Part shown: one piece after another, positions 60,749 to 64,000 of the stretch | Layout of the letters: the number at the start of each line of letters is the position of its first letter | Position numbering within the stretch: the first letter of the stretch is position 1 | Assembly (NCBI GenBank): GCA_964234715.1 | Contig: OZ174291.1 | Origin: Podarcis melisellensis | Lineage: Eukaryota | Length of the DNA stretch: 64,000 bases | Direction: 5' to 3' (one strand) | Translations under genes and position numbers: made by a program | The notes under the pieces: generated by a model | What the model was told of the DNA's origin: nothing | Seen by the model: only the letters and a program-made list of their open reading frames with translations | The model's database searches: none

Positions 60749-61229
60749 CTGCCAAGCCAAATGAGCCACAGGTGAGTCAGGGTCCCTCACCATCAAGAGT
60801 GTCCCAGGTGCTCTCACCGAGGCCCTTGATCAAGGCAGGGCTAATGATGTTTGCATTTTGACCACTGGAGTTGGGAGAGACTTTTCTTGTAAAAACAAGG
60901 TTAAAGCGATACTTAGTACAAATTGATCTCCAGATTTTTGGTTAAAACGTGTAATTTCCTAATCAGCAATTACTCAGGAAACAATTTTGTTGAAATTTTG
61001 TTCAAAAATTTTTTCTTGAGTGATATGTGATTTTCTTTTGTTAAAAAATTTAAAGAAATAGTGGTTTACAAGTATATAAAAAAAGTTACACAAGCATTAA
61101 AACGTAAAAGCTCATTGGAGACTGCTCCACTTTTCTCCTGATGCCCCTCCGCTTGGCTTCTGTCCCCTTAGTAGGCAGAGTCTGGACCTTGCACTGATTT
61201 TATTCCCTTTCCCAGTCCCCCAAGTGCAC

Positions 61230-61604
61230 CTGGGTACTGAGCGCCTGGATGTCGTGCTCGTATGCGCTGTGCATCCGCTGCATGGCCTCTGCCGTGTTGA
61301 GGTCCCGGCCCACTTCATCGGGCAGCTGCTTCTGCTTGTTCTGGACCTGGCTAAGGGTCTCACGGGCGTCGTGGTAGAAACGGTGCAGCTCATAGGACGC
61401 CGCCAGCATCTGGCTCCGGGTGTCGATGAGTTCCAGGAGGTCGGCCCAGGCCTCGTTCAGGCTGTCCTTCCACTCGGCAATGGTAGCATTTTCGGAGTGG
61501 CCGGCAGAGATCATCTCATCCGCCAGCCGGTTGACGGCGTCCACCCGCTCTTGACCGATAGTGCTGGTGTCACGTGAGAATTCCCGGAACTTATCCCGCA
61601 GCAT
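61230..61604 (-). CDS. SPTBN2: SPTBN2 spectrin-repeat exon (ankyrin-binding region)
   Basis: Encodes MLRDKFREFSRDTSTIGQERVD...EWKDSLNEAWADLLELIDTR...DIQALSTQ|gtgcac. 375 nt. Confidence 0.95.
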
Positions 61605-62722
61605 CTGTAGGGAAGAAGAGAGCACTGCAAAGGTCCCAATTGTCATGGAGTGGCTTCATGCAGAGGAGTAGTGGGAGGCACCAGCTGGGGAACCCCAGGC
61701 TCAGAGCCAAGGGATTGGTGGTCGGACAATGATGTGTGGTCAGAGGGAAAAGTGGGAGACTGGGAGCAGCAGGTGTCAGAAGCTGAAGAGGTAGCTGGGT
61801 TTGGTGGGCAGGAAGTGTCTGTGGCCGAGAGCAGTCCAGAATCAGAGGCAGAAGTGGAGGCTGGAGAGGAGAGGGGCCAAGAGGCAGAGATGATACAGGC
61901 TGCCAGGGAGTCTCCCCTTCTTGCTGCAACTAGCTCTGCTCCCGCCTGGTCTCCCAGAACATAGAGAGGAATGAAGAGGGTGGAGCAAAGAGAGACAAGA
62001 CCAGGGATCCTCAGATTGCCAGGGAAGGACCCAGGGGAGGAGCAGCCTTAGAGCAGTAGGAAGGCAATTGCCTCACTGGGGCAAGACCTACTAGACAGAA
62101 AGAGTTGCTGCGATCACTAGGCCTGCACTGTTTTGGTTTCTTTGAACAACCCTCTGACACAGGGTGTTTCATTGCTGACCTGCTCCTGACTCCAGCTCCT
62201 GGCACAACGGTGGGAAACAAACAAGAGTGTGAAGGGCAAAGGGGCAAAAAAGGCAGAGGGATAATAGCACAGAGGTAGAGCACCCGCTTTGCACACAGAA
62301 GGTTCCTGGTTCAGTTCTAGATGTCCAATTAAAACGATCACAAGAAGTAGGGGATCAGAGAGACTTTTCCCTATCTGAGACCTTGGAGAGTTGCTATCAG
62401 AAGACATAACAGTGGATAGTTGGACAAATAATCTAACTCCACAGCAGGCAGTTCCCTATGTTCCTATTTAAATCAGCCCTTTATTCAGGACCACGATGAC
62501 TGGAATCTTACTGGGAAGGGATGTAACTCAGTGGAAGAGAACCTGCTATGCATGCAAAAGGGCAAATAATGCAGCATTGATATGGGGTTTCCTGGTGCAG
62601 AACTAGGATCACTTGGGTGCCCTGTTCACCCTCCAGCCACCTCAGTGAAGGAGGTATAGAGATCTGGAGGGGTGCTTCCTGCCTCTGGGTATGTTAGGAT
62701 CCCTTGGGAGGGGGAGACCCAC

Positions 62723-62927
62723 CGTGACATGTTCGTAGTCCTGTCCAAGCTCATGAGAAGCAGCCACCACCTCGCGCTCCGAGATCCACTGCTCGAGGTC
62801 GTCCACTTCCCTCTTCAGCTGGCAGAGGCGGAGCTGTTCCTGCAGCTTGGCCCGGCGCTCCTCAGCCAAGTCCTTCAGGCTGGCATAGAGCTTGTCCACT
62901 TGGCCCTGCCGGAGATTGATCCGTTCA
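62723..62927 (-). CDS. SPTBN2: SPTBN2 spectrin-repeat exon
   Basis: Encodes [25 protein letters not shown]...[12 protein letters not shown]|gtgggt. Confidence 0.95.
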
Positions 62928-63258
62928 CTGCAGGAAAGGGAAAGAGAGAGGGACAGACATCATCCACGGATGCCATGGAATTCAGGTCTCCAAAGCCCTG
63001 ACCAGTGCTGGCTGCCCACCAGCTGTCATCATTTTGCATGGAATCCCAGGATCCCTGATTGGCTTCTCCCCCCACAAAAGAGTGGTGTAATAAGCTGGTA
63101 AACTGATTCACACAACAGGTGTGTGCCCTGAGATCTCCAGGAGAAAGAGGGGTATAATGACATCCAAAACAGGACTTGGGCCACAGCAGGGAACTTGATT
63201 GGGCATGTGGGGAGAGGCTCCCCAACTGTCTTGGTAGGAGAATGGTGGGCTTCCTTAC

Positions 63259-63389
63259 CTCTCGGGATGCCCGTTGTTTACCATATCACGGCTCTGGATG
63301 GAGAGCTGGTGGATGGTCTGGGCATAGTCTTCCAGAGCCTGCTCCATCACCAGATGTTTTTTCACCATGGCCTGAGCAATCAGTTCATC
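63259..63389 (-). CDS. SPTBN2: SPTBN2 spectrin-repeat exon (gene continues beyond the window)
   Basis: ttcaccag|. Encodes DELIAQAMVKKHLVMEQALEDYAQTIHQLSIQSRDMVNNGHPE AG|gtaag. Confidence 0.93.
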
Positions 63390-63548
63390 CTGGTGAAAAG
63401 AAAGAAGTGTGTTCCTGTTTGTTTGCTTCCCCCCACCCCTTCGGAAACAGAAGCAGGGGTAAAGAGGATGGGGTAGGCGACATTAAAATTTGAACTAGGA
63501 TTGAGACCTGTTATTCCACATCAGGATTCAGTCCCAAAATGTTTATTT

Positions 63549-63686
63549 CAGCCTTTCTCAACCTGTGGGTCCCCAGATGTTGTTGAACTACAACTCCCAT
63601 CACTCCTAGCTAGCAAGGCCAGAGCTCAGGGATGATGGGAGTTGTAGTCCAACAACATCTGGGGACCCACAGGTTGAGAACCGCTG
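63549..63686. mobile_element. palindromic hAT MITE, same subfamily as 17090-17224
   Basis: Near-identical arms to the CCS-intron copy. TSD GTTTATTT/GTTTATGT. Confidence 0.88.
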
Positions 63687-64000
63687 GTTTATGTGAAAGA
63701 GGGGTTCATCTGGGACTGTGCAGAGTGCCTTTCTCCCCACTGCTGAACAACTACAACCAGCCTGTGTATAACTGGGGTTGAAAGGGGACAGAACTTTCAA
63801 TCAAGAGAGAAATGTGACTTCTGGCAAGTCCTAGAACTATTCTTACTAATCATAAAGGACAACCCCAGAGCAGATTTGTCTCTAGTGGGAGAGGAGTTAA
63901 GCACAGTTCTCAGGCTTTCCGCTCCCCCACTCACTCGTTTTCAGCATGCAACCTTGGAATGTGTGATGCGATAAAGAAGAGATTTGCAGAGTGCATTTTT

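Overview
Vertebrate genomic DNA, most likely from a squamate reptile. The Tigger-like, hAT MITE, CR1/L2 and MIR-like repeats resemble those of lacertid lizards; this taxonomic call is an inference. The window is syntenic with human 11q13.2. It holds five genes whose coding exons I traced by hand, each with GT-AG splice sites and consistent phases. RBM14 (minus, 3 coding exons, ~640 aa). CCS, the copper chaperone for SOD1 (minus, 8 exons, ~277 aa). CCDC87 (plus, single exon, ~865 aa), head-to-head with CCS. An RBM4/RBM4B-type gene (minus, 2 coding and 2 non-coding exons, ~353 aa). The last 13 exons of SPTBN2 (minus), which runs off the right edge. A CpG-island promoter with a near-perfect RFX X-box lies at the left edge and belongs to an unidentified gene. 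Most short ORFs in the supplied track are spurious. I found no clearly new biological system. The best leads are: (i) the CCDC87-CCS-RBM14 block appears inverted relative to RBM4B-SPTBN2 compared with the human order as I recall it; (ii) there are candidate NMD poison cassette exons in both RBM4 and RBM14; (iii) there is a solo-LTR-like antisense promoter in RBM14 intron 1; (iv) several young palindromic hAT MITEs keep intact 8-bp TSDs, and some are nested or sit beside splice sites.
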